This document shows positions 11,617 to 24,849 of a stretch of 64,000 nucleotides of DNA, piece after piece. This stretch comes from Trichodelitschia bisporula (lineage: Eukaryota), in NCBI GenBank assembly GCA_010356995.1, contig ML996690.1, positions 1,024,217-1,088,216 on the forward strand, given 5' to 3'. The first letter of the stretch is position 1. Each line of letters opens with the position of its first letter. Under the pieces are notes generated by a model. It had not been told where the DNA came from and made no database searches. It was given only the letters and a program-made list of their open reading frames with translations. A program made the translations under genes and the position numbers.

Positions 11617-13170
11617 CTACTCCAACTTCTTCACTCCAGTGGGTAGCGGATACTCAAGTCCAGAATCATAGTCACTCCCACTCGCATCCTTCGTAGTAAC
11701 TGGAGTCTGATTCGCCAATCCGGTCCCCAAGCTCTTCTCCCACTCATTGATCAGCGTTGTAGCTGTCCGTCGCAGGTTTCCGGGACTCAGCTTTCCCAGC
11801 GCCGGCCAGGCAATTCCGGCATCCAAACTCGCTCTTCCGCTCGCCCGCGTGAGCGGCGTACCCTGACCGCGCTCGGACGACTCCGAGGACCGTGTCGAGT
11901 CCATAGACGAATTACTGCTCGTGGATGCCACATTCGGCGTGTCCCAGTTCGCCCAACTGTCGTCGGCATCGCGCGGCTTCTGGGGTGTTTGAGAGGCGCG
12001 ACGATTGCTCTTGGTTGGGGTCGTCCTGCGCACAGTCTTGGGCTTCGCCGTCTGTGCGGCGGGTTCATCCGCCGCTAGGCCATGATCGCGCCAAAACGAT
12101 CCACCAATGTCTATTAAATTATCCGTCCGACGGATACGCGAGTTGGCCGCTGAATTTGCGCGCTGGAGATCGGGTCGCATGCTTGAAGAGCTTGTCTTGC
12201 GTCCCGGTTGGCCCTGCTGACCGGGGCGTGACTGTGATTGTCCGCCTGAGACGCCTTCTTCTCCGACGGTGGCCTGTCGAATGTCTTCGAGGAAGGTCCA
12301 GATGCCATCCTTGATGTCAGCGGCCATTTGCTTGCCAGTCCGGAGAAGGGCATCCTTGGGGATGGCGGTAGCCGGAGGCTCGGGGGACACGGTCCGGCGG
12401 TTGGGCACGGCGGAGAGGGTCGTCGAGCGGGTATGAGCTGGCCGGAGGGGCTTCGCGCTGCTCGTAGGACTCGTCTCTGGTTGCTTGCGGATATCATCGG
12501 GTTGCGGGAAGGGTTGTGAGAATGCACCTTTGTCTGGCGAGAGCAGTGAAAGCGTCCGTGTGTGTCGCGAGCCGCTAAACACCTTGCGCGAGGAGGTCTT
12601 GACTCCGCCGATGAGGGCCTTGCGGCGCTCCATCTCTCTTGTCATCCACACCGAGCTGCCATCTTCGTCATCTTCAACACCCTCCAGGCTTGCTAGCGTC
12701 GCACTTAGCGGCTGCAATGCTTGCACTCGATGCACATCTTGACGCTTGCGAGTCGCTTCGTGACTAGCCCAGTGTTTTTTGAGACGGAGGAGCTCGAGCT
12801 CAGCTTGCCTGAGCTCTTCCTTGAGCTCCAACACCCGACGTTCCTGCGTGGCCAGCACGGTCAGGAAGCTGCCGCTGCTCTCGGTAGGCGAGGCGATGCT
12901 CTCGGGAGGTGTAGCGGGGCTGCTGCTCGCCCAGGAGGTGGGTCGGGTACCCGGTTGCACCGGGAAACTGAGAGAAAGGCGCTTGCTGTGCCGGGCAACT
13001 GATGCCATAGACTCGGAGCGGGAATGCGATGGCCGGTGAGAGGCATTGATGGGTGCGATGGGACTGCCCAAATGTTCAGCTGGTGGAGGGCGGACGGGGC
13101 TATTTGGGCCGTTGGAGAAGACGTTGTCAAGCGGGTTGAGAGCGTCGGAGACGCTATCTAGTCGTGTCAT
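11617..13170 (-). CDS. DUF4048-like fungal coiled-coil/disordered protein
   Basis: From ATG 13170 (MTRLDS...). Conserved blocks LATQERRVLELKEEL..LKKHWASHE, KVFSGSRHTRTLSLLSP and TGKQMAADIKDGIWTFLEDIRQATVGEE. Confidence 0.75.
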   Translation of the reverse strand: MTRLDSVSDALNPLDNVFSNGPNSPVRPPPAEHLGSPIAPINASHRPSHSRSESMASVARHSKRLSLSFPVQPGTRPTSWASSSPATPPESIASPTESSGSFLTVLATQERRVLELKEELRQAELELLRLKKHWASHEATRKRQDVHRVQALQPLSATLASLEGVEDDEDGSSVWMTREMERRKALIGGVKTSSRKVFSGSRHTRTLSLLSPDKGAFSQPFPQPDDIRKQPETSPTSSAKPLRPAHTRSTTLSAVPNRRTVSPEPPATAIPKDALLRTGKQMAADIKDGIWTFLEDIRQATVGEEGVSGGQSQSRPGQQGQPGRKTSSSSMRPDLQRANSAANSRIRRTDNLIDIGGSFWRDHGLAADEPAAQTAKPKTVRRTTPTKSNRRASQTPQKPRDADDSWANWDTPNVASTSSNSSMDSTRSSESSERGQGTPLTRASGRASLDAGIAWPALGKLSPGNLRRTATTLINEWEKSLGTGLANQTPVTTKDASGSDYDSGLEYPLPTGVKKLE

Positions 13171-14627
13171 CGTGAATAGCGAGCAGAAAGGACAGTCTAC
13201 AAAAGCATCGCTGAATAATGGTGGGTAGGGTGGTGTTGATGGAAGGGAGAAGGTTGGGATGGGATGAAGGAGACGGTCAGGGAGGTCGAGGAGACAGTGG
13301 AGTCTTTCGCCTGCATGCGCAAGAAAAACAAACGTGTGGTGCAATCTGGGCAGCGCCGCGCAGCCAATAACCACAGCCAGCCCCCCGAGCGTCACCTTAG
13401 GCCAGAAAGAGGATGCGAATGGTGAGACGACGAGCATTGAGGAAAGTCCATGAGGTCTTTGCATGAGGAAGCCAAATGATGGGAATGCGTAGAACAAGAT
13501 GGCTATCAATATGTATGTTGACTCAAGGGCAATTATATGTATCATGAGACTCCCAAGGAGAAGCCAGCTACGGTACCGTACTGAAAGCAGGCGAATGGCG
13601 ATTTTGGCATCACGATATATCCCCACAAAAGGTTGGATGCGGAGGCGAGGGCATCTGCACGACCGTATGGCCTAAGATCTGCTATGCCGTGAGCTTGGGC
13701 CGATAGCCCTTGATGAAGTTATGGGCTCTACCTCCGTACGGATGTATATCTGCAAGACCATTGATCTCCCTCGCAACGAGGAAGTTGATGATGCTTACTG
13801 ACTCCAGTATCTCTCTTCCGCACTCTCAGCGAACGAAGGATTATCAAGGCGGCCGTCGGTGTGGCGACCGGAAATTTAGCTTCGGCCGCTAGGATAGTAA
13901 CGGGGTCTGTGTGAGGTGGGCAAAGGGAAGACGACATCCGAGATGAGACACGAAGCAGTAAGGCTCACTGCACTTGTATAAAATCTACAACCAAGCCGGC
14001 CGTCTCCATGGTAGCTGAGAGATGGCGTCTGAGCTGAAGAGCTAGAGCCGGGAGTAAAATGAAACTATCATCAGCCACGGACTCTCCGAAGTAGTGACTG
14101 AGGCTGCATGGCTTCCAGAAGCTGATGGCCCTGCCACGCCTGCTTTAACTGCAGCAATTCTTGGGGATGCTTGCAAAGTTCTAGCTGCAAGATGCGATCT
14201 CATGTTGGACGGAATTGCGGGGACTGCATGAGTAGGTCTAAGAATAAGAATCTTCATGAGATGCCGGCAACGTTAGGAACAGCCTTTCAACTTTGTACCT
14301 CCTTGTCAGAACTCTTGGGGAAGTCCTTCACCCCGCGCGGCTGTGGCTTGAGCTTGTCGCTTCTCACCCTGCGCAACATCCCCCTACGCGAGTCCCCGTG
14401 CGCAAAGTTGACACCCCTCGACAAACTCCGCGTCGCCACGGCAACGGGTCCTAGACTCTTTGCGATAGTTATCACAGGCCCGTCTCCCAATTTCAGCAAT
14501 CGTCGGCGACTTACATAGTATTCCTACACGCGATACACGCGAAAGCCCATTCTCATCGCTTTCTTTATTTCACCAACGTCGCCGTCCCCCTCCACTTACA
14601 CTGCCTTGTGCTTCCTCCGCAGACGCC

Positions 14628-16914
14628 ATGGCGGAGAACTACACAATGCTCGAGGAGCTCGGTAGTATGTATATTCTTACATGTTACAACACCGCTAACA
14701 CATGCAGGCGGCAGCTTCGGGACTGTCTACAAGGCGATTGACAAGACTACTGGCGAGCTTGTCGCAATCAAACACGTTGGTCTATCGTCCATTGTGACGG
14801 CAAAACTGACATCTTCAGATCGACCTCGAAGGCACCGACGATGACATCCGCGAGATTCAGGACGAGATATCGCTGCTCAGCTCATGCTCAAGTCCGTACG
14901 TCACACAATACAAGACGAGCTTTGTGAAGGGCGTTAAGCTATGGATTGTCATGGAGTATCTCGGGGGCGGCTCTTGCTTGGACTTGGTATGCTTATCGCT
15001 CCGTTGCTCGAACTTCGCTGATGGGCGCAGCTCAAAGCTGGCAATTTCACAGAAGCACAAGTGGCCATCGTGTGTCGAGAGCTGCTCTTCGGTCTCGATT
15101 ACCTACACCAGAGCGGCAAGATCCATCGCGACATCAAAGCCGCCAATGTCCTCCTGTCTCATACTGGTCGCGTCAAGTTGGCAGACTTTGGTGTTGCTGC
15201 GCAGCTCACAAACATAAAGTCCCAGCGTATAACCTTTGTCGGCACGCCTTTCTGGATGGCGCCGGAGGTGATCCAGGAATCGGGATATGACTGCAGAGCT
15301 GACATCTGGTCGCTCGGCATTACGGCCATGGAAATGGCGAACGGCGAGCCGCCAAATGCTCAGATACATCCGATGAAGGTCCTGTTCCACATCCCTAAGT
15401 CGCCCCCACCGCAGCTTGTTGGCAACTTCAGCAAGGACTTCAAAGACTTCGTGTCTCAATGTCTGACCAAGAACTTCGACTTCCGCCCTACGGCCAAGGA
15501 GCTTCTGAAGCATCGCTTTATCCGCAACGCTGGGAAAGTCGACTCGTTGCGCGACCTCACCAATCGGTACAAGACGTGGGAGGCTGATTCCCGGCCAGGC
15601 CATCTCAAGTACTACGAAGAGACGCTCAAGGAGATGTCACCGAAGGTGGAGCAAGAGGAGTGGGTTTTCGACACCGTCCGGCCATCTAATACCGTAAAGA
15701 AGGAAACCATCCTTCCCCAAGCCCTCCCGCACCATCCCAAGCGCCGAAAATTCTCTCGCATCCCCTCCGACTCTTCCGATCGTACGAATCCGTATGCTAC
15801 GGTTGATGGGCCAAATCTTATGCTTCAGCGTCTGGACCTGGATGCCGGGCCTTTATCCCCCGGTTCTCCTGCCCCGGCCAAGCGTCAGAGGTCGCAACCG
15901 CAATTGACGGAAGAGCAACCACGGCAGACTGTGATGCGCAAGGCAAGCCAAACTCCTACCCAGCGCCGCGTTTCCAATGCTCAGACGGCCATTCGTATTC
16001 CGTCCGGTCAAACTCCCACGTCTCGCAGGGTTTCTCAATCCAAGGATCGTCAGCCTCTAGGCCTCGACATGTCCTTCGGCAACTCGCCTAGCACAGTACG
16101 TCAGTTCCGTCGCGTCTCATCCGGCGGTCACGCTGTTCCGTTCTCTGCTCTCAAGGAGATCCAGTCCACCGATCCTTCCCCTCCCGGAAGCTCCTGCTCT
16201 AACGCGGAGACTCTGTTTGGCGGCGACGAGAATGAACCTCCGACCAAGATTTCGCCCTCAATTCCTAGCACGCCGATTGCAGTTACTAAGGAATCACTCC
16301 TGGGGCGCCGCGCCTACTCCAAAGTCCTGGACGGTGTGTTTGCGGAGGCACATGCCCAGACCGCAGAATCAGGCCGCCGCGAGGCGCTTGCTCGTCTGCA
16401 CAATGCATGGGCTACTGTTGATCGGGTTGATCCCGAGGGCGAATTCCTGCTGTTGAAGGCCATGGTCGAGAAGCTGAAGGACGAGCCGAAGCTCGCAGCC
16501 GCGCTTGGCTTGCAACTACAGCCTGCCGAGCGCGCACCAAGCAGCAATCCAGTGAAGAGCCCAGTGAAGGCTGCAGCAACTCCGGTACGCGAGCGTGTTG
16601 AGCGAGAAAGAGAACCACAGACACCATTAACACCGAGCCGACGCGACAGTGCCATAGACAACCCGATGCGTCCGAAGCTGCTGCTTGCACAGGGCAACCC
16701 TCATCTTAAAAGCCATAGGCGGAGACAGAGCGCCTTCGTTGAGAGTGACTTTTCGCGTAAGCGGGAGCATGAGCGTGAACAGGTTGAGATGGGAGTTGAC
16801 GAGCGTCGGTTGCCTGGGTATGTTCAGCCTGGCATGGAGCAGAGCGCTGGCCTTGCAGAAGCTTTGTACGGGCGGTGGGTTGAAGGCCTTAGAGGTCGCT
16901 GGGGGATGGCTTGA
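14628..16914 (+). CDS. STE20/GCK-family Ser/Thr kinase, Sid1/SepL-like (septation initiation network)
   Basis: Exons 14628-14664, 14708-14775, 14819-14986, 15031-16914. Motifs [30 protein letters not shown], and C-terminal [13 protein letters not shown] as I recall from filamentous Sid1 orthologues. Confidence 0.9.
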
Positions 16915-18497
16915 GTGGCACCCCCCATTGGATGTTTCTTGCACGAGGTTGGTTTTGTGGTCTGGTTTGGGACCCTTTCATCAGCGAGCGCGTTCGTGGA
17001 GCATTTGTGGCGCTTTATAGATTGTCACCTCCTTCATGGGAGCCACGACAGCATTGCCTTCATAGGCCACTGTACGACTACTGCTTCGGAAGGGGAGTTT
17101 TTTGCATGCTTATCTCTCCTGTAGAATATCCTGGGTACTGGGAGTTGGAGGAGTTTCGAATGCGATGGCGGAGCGATTAGGTTCGGATTCATGTATCACC
17201 GGGGCTGGGGTAGGCTGTCCACTGTATTAATGAAACCATGGTATCTACTGAGTCCACCGGGTCGGATGTATCCGTCGATGTTGGGGTCCGCGGTTCATGG
17301 TATCTGCTGACCACCTGGAAATGTGGGGAGGACGATCGCCACGGGGGGGTGGATCGGCATCATGATATGGCTAATCAAGAGCAGGAAACAATCCTCCGCT
17401 TGTACCGTACTATGAGAGGGACACCAAATCCCGTTTCCGAATGCCTGAATATTCGCAGCTGGACCTCAATATGGCAATGGCTCGATCCTTCGGCCGTAGG
17501 CTTGTTGACTTGGCATCAACTAACATAGTTAACTCAATCAAGTATTCATGCCTCACTGATGACTGACTTATCAACTTCAAAAGTTAGATGATCGCGCTAA
17601 GGAAGGCCGGCGTTATTAAAATAACGTAATTTGTAATTTATAAGGCGGTAAATATCAAAGCCAATGGTGGGTGACTATACTGTCGTATTTTTGATATTAT
17701 ACGCTAAGTAAGGCTGTTCTTTAATGCCCAGACGTGCCAAGCTTTCAAGAGTCAAGTATGTTAATCAAGTACGTCAAATAAAGCAAAGTGATGCTTGATA
17801 TTTGACTGATTTTAGGTGATTTCCTGGCGTCACGCTTGGCGTCATGAATCAACGTCAATCAACTATTACCAACCCTATTTGGCCGACACCTCACCCCGGC
17901 TTGGCTGTATCACTCAAGCATCGGGCCCAGCGGCCGGAAACCTAGATCTCCGTGCAGCAATGATGATCCCGACCTTCGCATAAGGCGGATCTCAACCTCA
18001 CCCCCCATACAGGAATGTCATCCAATCGCCAACCTCCGGCCTCCGCGCACCAAAAAAAAGTACCTAATTGCTGATTATGCAACTGGCGGAAGAATCCCCA
18101 CAGCCCTTCCCAACCAGGGTCATATGTCGTGAGCCCACCAGTAAGCTCGATGCCGCATGCAATCAATCTGCTGCGCGTAGCTCATGTGTTTCCGTGCCGT
18201 ACATTTTTGATATGCGGGTCTATATTTGATCAGTGGGGGATAGCCGGCATCTGGACTTGACGCCACGATGAGACCCGTCTTGGGCTGATCAGCTGCGAAG
18301 TGGAATTAAGATTGCGGGGTTGGCTATAAGGTTGGGGCGAGACTCTGCGGCGAGGAGCTTGGTGAGTTTCCTCCTTCTGATGTGAAAATCGTCATCTACT
18401 GCTGCCGGTTGCTGGATGGCTATGCGAGCTCTGTCGGTCTCTCCTTGCCCCACCGGTCCGTCTTGTCTCATCGTCAATCTCTCGTTGCGACTCCGGA

Positions 18498-20328
18498 ATG
18501 CGCTCCCTCTCGCTCTCCGCGCTCCTATGCGCTGTCCTCTTTGCGGTATTAACTGTCGCTCAACTCTCTGGCCGCGTTGGCCCTACGACTTCCGCTTCCT
18601 CAAAAAGGGCAAAAAAGATCTGCAACGTGCTCAGCCATGGCGCCAAAGCAGACAAGAAGACGGATCTAGGCCCTGCGCTCAAAGCAGCTTTTACGGCATG
18701 CAAGTCCGGCGGCACCATTGTGATCCCTTCCGGCGACTATGCGCTGGCTACATGGGTGGATTTCAACGGCGGGAGCGGGTGGGCGATCCAGTGGGATGGG
18801 ACGATATATCGCACCGGGAGCGCAGGCGGGAACATGCTCCTGGTGCAGCATGCGGATGATGTCGAGATCTACAGTTCCAACGGACGTGGGGCATTCCAGG
18901 GAAATGGGTACGAGTTCCACGCTAAGGGGTCGATTACCGGACCGCGCATCCTGCGCTTCGTCAAGACGAGCAATTTTGCCGTACATGATGTTGTTTTTGT
19001 CGATGCGCCGTCCTTTCACTTTTCCATGGATACCTGCAAGAATGGAGAGGTGTATAATATGGTTATCCGTGGGGGTAATCAGGGTGGGCTGGACGGCATT
19101 GATGTCTGGTCAGATAATGTTTGGATTCACGATGTGCGTCGCATCTATGGCTAGGGACGAGGCTGATGTCAGGTACAGGTCGAGGTGACCAACAAGGACG
19201 AGTGCGTGACGGTCAAGGTAGGCTTGGTCACCTTCTCGTGTTCCTCACTAATGGAGCAGTCGCCGGCACACAATATCCTAATAGAGAATATCTATTGCAA
19301 CATGAGCGGCGGGTCGGCAATCGGGTCATTGGGCGTCGGCGTGGACATTTCCAACATACACTACCGCAACATCTACACGTGGTCCTCGAACCAGATGATG
19401 ATGATCAAGTCCAACGGTGGCAGCGGCACCATGAAAAATGTGTTGATGGAGAACTTCATCGGCCACCGCAACGCCTACAGCTTGAACATCGATCAGCAGT
19501 GGAACAGCATGAAACCAAACTCAGGCAACGGAGTCAATTTACGCAACGTAACCTTTAAAGTGCGTAACTCACTCTTTCTCCATCCCCTTCTAACCCCAGC
19601 AGAACTGGAAAGGCACCTGCGCTAACGGCCAACAACGCGGCCCCATCAAAATCCACTGCGCAGACGGCGCGCCCTGCAGCGGCTTCCGCATCGCCGATTT
19701 CGCCATTTGGACCGAAGCCGGCTCTTCCCAGTGGTACTCGTGCAAAAGCGCCTACGGTTCGGGCGCCTGCCTGAAGTCAGGGTCAGGAGGCTCATACCCG
19801 GAGGTTAAACAGTCGGTTTCGTCTCCGCCGTCTGGCTACAACGCACCGCGCATGTCCGCCGATCTCAAGGATTCCTTCGGCACTAAACAGCTCATCCCGA
19901 TTCCGAGAATCCCGGACACTTTCTTCCCAGGGAAGAAAACGATTAAGCCGCTGGCTAGCAGGAGTGGAGGTGGGGCGCCGGAGAAGGCGCCGCCTCCCCC
20001 GCCGAAGGAGGATCGCCCACCTCGCCCTCCGAAGGATGATCGCCCGCCTCCGGGGGGGCCACCAAGGGATCATCCGCCAGAGGGAGACAGGCCGCCGAGG
20101 CCGCCGAAAGACGACAGGCCACCAAAGGGAGACCATCCGCCGAAAGGAAACCATCCAGAAAAGGAACCTCCATCCCCGAAAGGGATTTTTGATCAGCTTT
20201 TTGGCGGCGCGTTCGGCGGCTTAGGTGGAGTGGGTGGAATATTTGGAAATGAAAAGGGGCCAGCCCGGCGCAGCATGCCAAAGGCGAGGAGTAGACACCT
20301 ACTAGACCCGGGTTTTGGTGTTAGATGA
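18498..20328 (+). CDS. Secreted GH28 endo-rhamnogalacturonase (RhgA/RhgB-like) with a C-terminal Pro-rich extension
   Basis: Signal peptide then QLSGRVGP. Exons 18498-19133, 19179-19217, 19260-19559, 19603-20328. Catalytic blocks [29 protein letters not shown] and MIKSNGG. Confidence 0.92.
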
Positions 20329-20425
20329 TGTGATGAGACCTGTAGATGGGTACCGTAAATGCATTTCGAGTTTGACCGGAGACTCCGCAGGGTATAATTT
20401 AGGCCAAATCGGTATCCATATCTGG

Positions 20426-23125
20426 CTAACCTCCCCTCGGCGCATCCCACTCTAACCGCTCTGCCAATACCTCCCAGCTCCCTTCGCCGCCCACACGGCC
20501 CGCACTCCGCAAACCGGCAACCACAAACCGAACCTGTTGTCCAAACTGCTCCAGCATGCGCCGAACGCGCTCTTCATACCCTCCTTTCACCACGGGGTCC
20601 TCCGTGTCAGCATCGTACTCTCTCTCATCATCATCCAAACCATCTTCGCTTTCGCTATCGTGGACATCTCCAAGCTTCGCATGCTGCCGCCTAGTAACCC
20701 GCCGGTCCGGAACTGCTACAGGTCCTGCAGCGCTCATGTAAAGTTGCGCAAACGCAGCCGCAAGATCGAACAGCCCTAGCAAGGCATCAAGTATCGGTGC
20801 TAGATTCTTCGCCAACAAGCACTGAGCCTGCACACGTGTAGCAAAAGCGTCGTGTACGGCAGACATTGCATCCAGGTCCTCGGCTGCAGAAATGCGGGTG
20901 CGTAGATCGAGGGTAGCGGGGCGCAGAACGGTGTCGGCCAGGTAGGACTGCCAGACGTCAACGAGCCATGTGAGCCGTAAACGGAGGGCGGTGGTGGCGT
21001 GATGAGCAGCGCGAGGTGAGGGAGGAAAGGTGGAGGAGGCGAGGACAGATTTTGCGCGACGGGTTTGAAGCAGAAGGCGTTGCACGCGGTGGTACATGAC
21101 CAGAGTTGGCTTCTGAATGACGTTGAGAACGGGCCAGGGGAGCTTTACGATTAGCAGAGTCAACATAAGAGGCCAAATGACTTACATTGTAGTCAATGGC
21201 AAGGCTGGAGAGGGTCTTTATGCTGCGTTCTGCACCCTTGATGGTGCTTGTGCGAGCGCTTATCCTCTCCTCCTCGACGGACACATGGCCGCCAAAGGTG
21301 CTCCGAGCGACTTCAGAGAGGAGAAAGCGATCGTTCCACGTCCTCGGCCGCTCATCCATTCGGCGGAAAACCTCTGAGGCGAAAGATTGGAACAGAGAGC
21401 CATCGCGACCAAAGTAGATAAGCTCCAGCGCATCCAGAAATCGCCACAACCCGCAGCTCGTGAAAATCTGCTCGCGCAGGATGGAGGCTGAAGGGCCGTA
21501 CCGGCTGCGCACCCAGTCGGCAAACGCTGTGGCGAAGAGCTCCGAAAAGGGGGCGAGAGCAAAATTACGGTTGGTGTGACATACACTGTCAAAGTCAAGG
21601 AGCGGCTCGGCTATGCTCGACGAGCCGTGATTCTTGCCTAGACGATCCAGAAAAACAATGCTCTTTCCAGCATTGAGAATCTTTTGGCAAACGGATTGGA
21701 TAAATAGTGGAGCGAGGAGATCACCATTGGCGCCTCTCCGCAGCTCAAACCGGCTGTGCCATAAGGCGGACAGCTCGCTATCCTTATCCGCGACTGAGAT
21801 GAATGCACACTCTTCGAAGTTTGATGCATCGCCTAGTTCCATCCAGGCCCGGATGGGGCGCAGATACACCCGCAGGCATTCAAAGAAGATGTGGGCGCAT
21901 TGCTCGTAGACCTCAGAATCGCTGATGTCCTGAAGGACACAAATGTCGTCGTATAGTAGTTCCATGCATGTGAAATCGCTGCGGTGACTGGATACGCGAG
22001 ACACGAGGCCTTCTAGATGTATGACAATCCGGCTTCGGATTTGGACTGCGTCGTGGACTGCCAATATGCTCGCAGTCATCGTCTTGGAAGGCGTGGCGTA
22101 CTCGCGTTCGAGAGTGGACAGACTCTTGTCGAAATCCTGGAGCCGCATGGAAACGGCTGCTTGGAATGACTGAAGAAGTGGTACGACTTGCTCCTTCTTT
22201 AACCACTCCCTCAGGCGATAGAGGGCCGAGCCAATGTCTGCGAGCGAAGCCAAAACGTGCGTAACGCTTAGATGGGTCGTCTGTATCAAAGATATGCCTT
22301 CATTGTAAATGACAGTCCCGCGAGCCACGTCCGTATAAAACATGGAGGTTGGGAGTGTCCGGAGCATGAAACAAACCTGGCGGATGGCTTGTAGGACAGT
22401 AATCGAGCGCCGTTCATCCACCTGTTCGGCACTGAACTGGTGTCCTTTGGCACGTTGATTCCAGTGGTGAGATTCTTCAATCTGTCGCAGAAGGTCCTTT
22501 TCTGCATTTGTGACGAGGGAGTTTTGGTCGAAGTTGGGCTCATCTGCAACTACGACGGGCATGGGCCGATACTGAACTACGGGAACCCTGGGCTCTTGCT
22601 GATAGATCACTTCATCATCTGACGATCCAGCTGAAAGTGGTTCGTTTTCCCATAGCTCAGGATCGCTGAAAGGCTCGTCCGCCAACAACTCTTCCCAGGT
22701 AAAGGGGGACGGCTCTGGTTCCACAAATGGACGTAACTGATACAGCGCCTCAAGCTGGAACTTTTCCACCGGACGGTCCGACAGGTTGAGGAAAAGCGAC
22801 AGGATGTCGGGTGTCCATTTGTTCGGAATCTTCGACAGTTCGTCCAGTCGGGCCGTCAGTGCTTCAGCCAAATCATCGCGGTCCAACACCTGGAACTTCT
22901 CTACGAGGCCGTTCAGGCTTGATTCAACCTCGAATTGGTTCACGCGAACATATTGCTGGTGTCTCGCTCCTTTGATGACATGTTCCTTTAATTGTTTATG
23001 TCGTCGATCCTTTTTCAGTCAGTGCCTGCCGATACGTTCCATAGGAGACTTACGGAGATGGATATTCCCGTCAAGCTAGTAATCAGACTACTTATAAGTC
23101 CATTTACGATTGCAGATTGTGCCAT
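20426..23125 (-). CDS. Gamma-tubulin ring complex component GCP5 (Spc97/Spc98 family)
   Basis: Exons 23125-23054, 23009-21186, 21142-20426. N-terminal RVNQFEV..LNGLVEKFQV..LAEAL..W.P..L.L.L.LSD.P; GRIP-type blocks YLRPIRAWMELG, KILNAGKSIVFL and LPWPVLNVI. Confidence 0.85.
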
Positions 23126-23528
23126 GATCGTTCATCAGTGTCGCCGATTATCCCATCTCCAGTCAACGCGTCGGCCGATACGGAGCACGTGATGAATGGC
23201 GGTCGCGTTCACGGTTTAGGAGAAGCAACAGGATGTGAAGATTATGGTGATGAGATGCCTTGATCTCCGCTTGCCGTCTTCTAGAATATCCGTAGTTGAT
23301 ACCCTAATCACAATCTGAGTAGCGTCCATTCGGCGTTTGAGATCGAGACTATTGAAGTCGAGTGTGTACCATCGACTGGATATCAAAACGGCGCGTTGAT
23401 TAGCGCGCCGCCGCCGCGTCTTGGCAGCACCTGGACCCGGCCAAGTCTCGAATGCTCCTTTTGGGACCGGACATCGCCTTTCCTTTCAAGCACAACACCT
23501 TCAGCGCCTCTCTCTCGTCCTCATCGCC

Positions 23529-24849
23529 ATGGCAGTGCCAAAGTCGATACGCCTACTCGGCATAATCACACTGGGCATCTTCTTCTACCTCGTGTTTCTC
23601 ATCTACAGTGCACCGGTCACCATTCAAGCCCCTGGTAGCGGGAAGCTTGAGAAGATGACGAAAGACCCAAACTTGGAGCGTACGGGTGTCCCTTTGAAAG
23701 TCCCGCATCACTACTGACAGTGCCAGCTACCGGAGAGCCACCTGAGCCTTTGCGCCGAGTGGTCGGTAATAACTACTCGCCGAACAACCCAAACTCAGAC
23801 CGAATCAATGCCACCCTACTTGCTCTCGTCCGCAACTCAGAGCTTGAGGACATGCTACAGTCGATGCGGGATCTGGAGCGGACGTGGAATCACAAGTTCA
23901 ACTACCCCTGGCTGTTCCTAAACGATGAGCCGTTCACAGACGAGTTCAAGAAGAAGATCCGGGAGGCCACTAAGGCAGAAGTCAACTTCGGTAGGTCACG
24001 TCGCCACTTGCGATTACGCGCTGACGGTCGCAGATCTTGTTCCAAAGGAGCATTGGGAGGTCCCCAGCTGGATCAACGAAGATCTTTACCAAGAGTCCGT
24101 CGAGCTACTAAAGGAAAAGGTCCAGTATATGAACAAGAAGTCCTACCACCAAATGTGCCGCTGGAATAGTGGCTTCTTCTACAAACACCCGGCACTGCTG
24201 AACACCCGCTACTACTGGCGCGTAGAGCCGCATGTCCACTTTTTCTGTGATGTGGATTACGATGTCTTCCGGTACATGCAGGACCACAACAAAACGTACG
24301 GCTTCACAATCAACCTGTACGACAGCCCAGAGAGCGTGGCCGGGCTGTGGCCGGAGGTCAATAAGTTCATCTCGGACCACAACCATCATCTGCATCCGAA
24401 CAACGCTATCAAATGGCTGCAAGACGATCACAACCGGCGGGAGAATTTCCAAAAAGCCAACGGCTATTCCACCTGCCACTTCTGGTCCAATTTTGAAATT
24501 GGTGACATGAACTTTTGGCGCAGCAAGGCTTATGAAGACTTCTTCAATCACATCGACCGCACCGGTGGTTTCTTCTACGAGCGATGGGGTGATGCGCCAG
24601 TACATTCTATCGCCCTGGGGCTTTTCGAGGACTCGAGCAAGATTCACTGGTAAGTCCTCTCAAATTTACTGAATGACTACTCACGCTTGCAGGTTCCGAG
24701 ACATTGGCTACCAGCATATCCCCTTCTTCAACTGCCCGAATTCCCCCAAGTGTCATGGTTGCCAGACTGGTCGCTTCACTGACGGAGAAGCCTGGCTCAA
24801 TAGGGATGATTGCAGGCCTGTATGGTTCAAATACGCCGGCATGGGTTGA
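23529..24849 (+). CDS. GT15 alpha-1,2-mannosyltransferase (KRE2/KTR family, CmsA/CmsB-like)
   Basis: Type II TM anchor. Exons 23529-23679, 23727-23990, 24034-24649, 24693-24849. Motifs NATLLALVRN, SYHQMCRWNSG, YYWRVEP, CHFWSNFEIG, ERWGDAPVHS and FRDIGYQH. Confidence 0.93.

Noticed and set aside
13171..13626. 152-codon hydrophobic N-terminal extension of the DUF4048-like ORF
   Set aside because: It begins at GTG and reads like translated pyrimidine-rich UTR/promoter sequence; the conserved-looking protein starts at ATG 13170.
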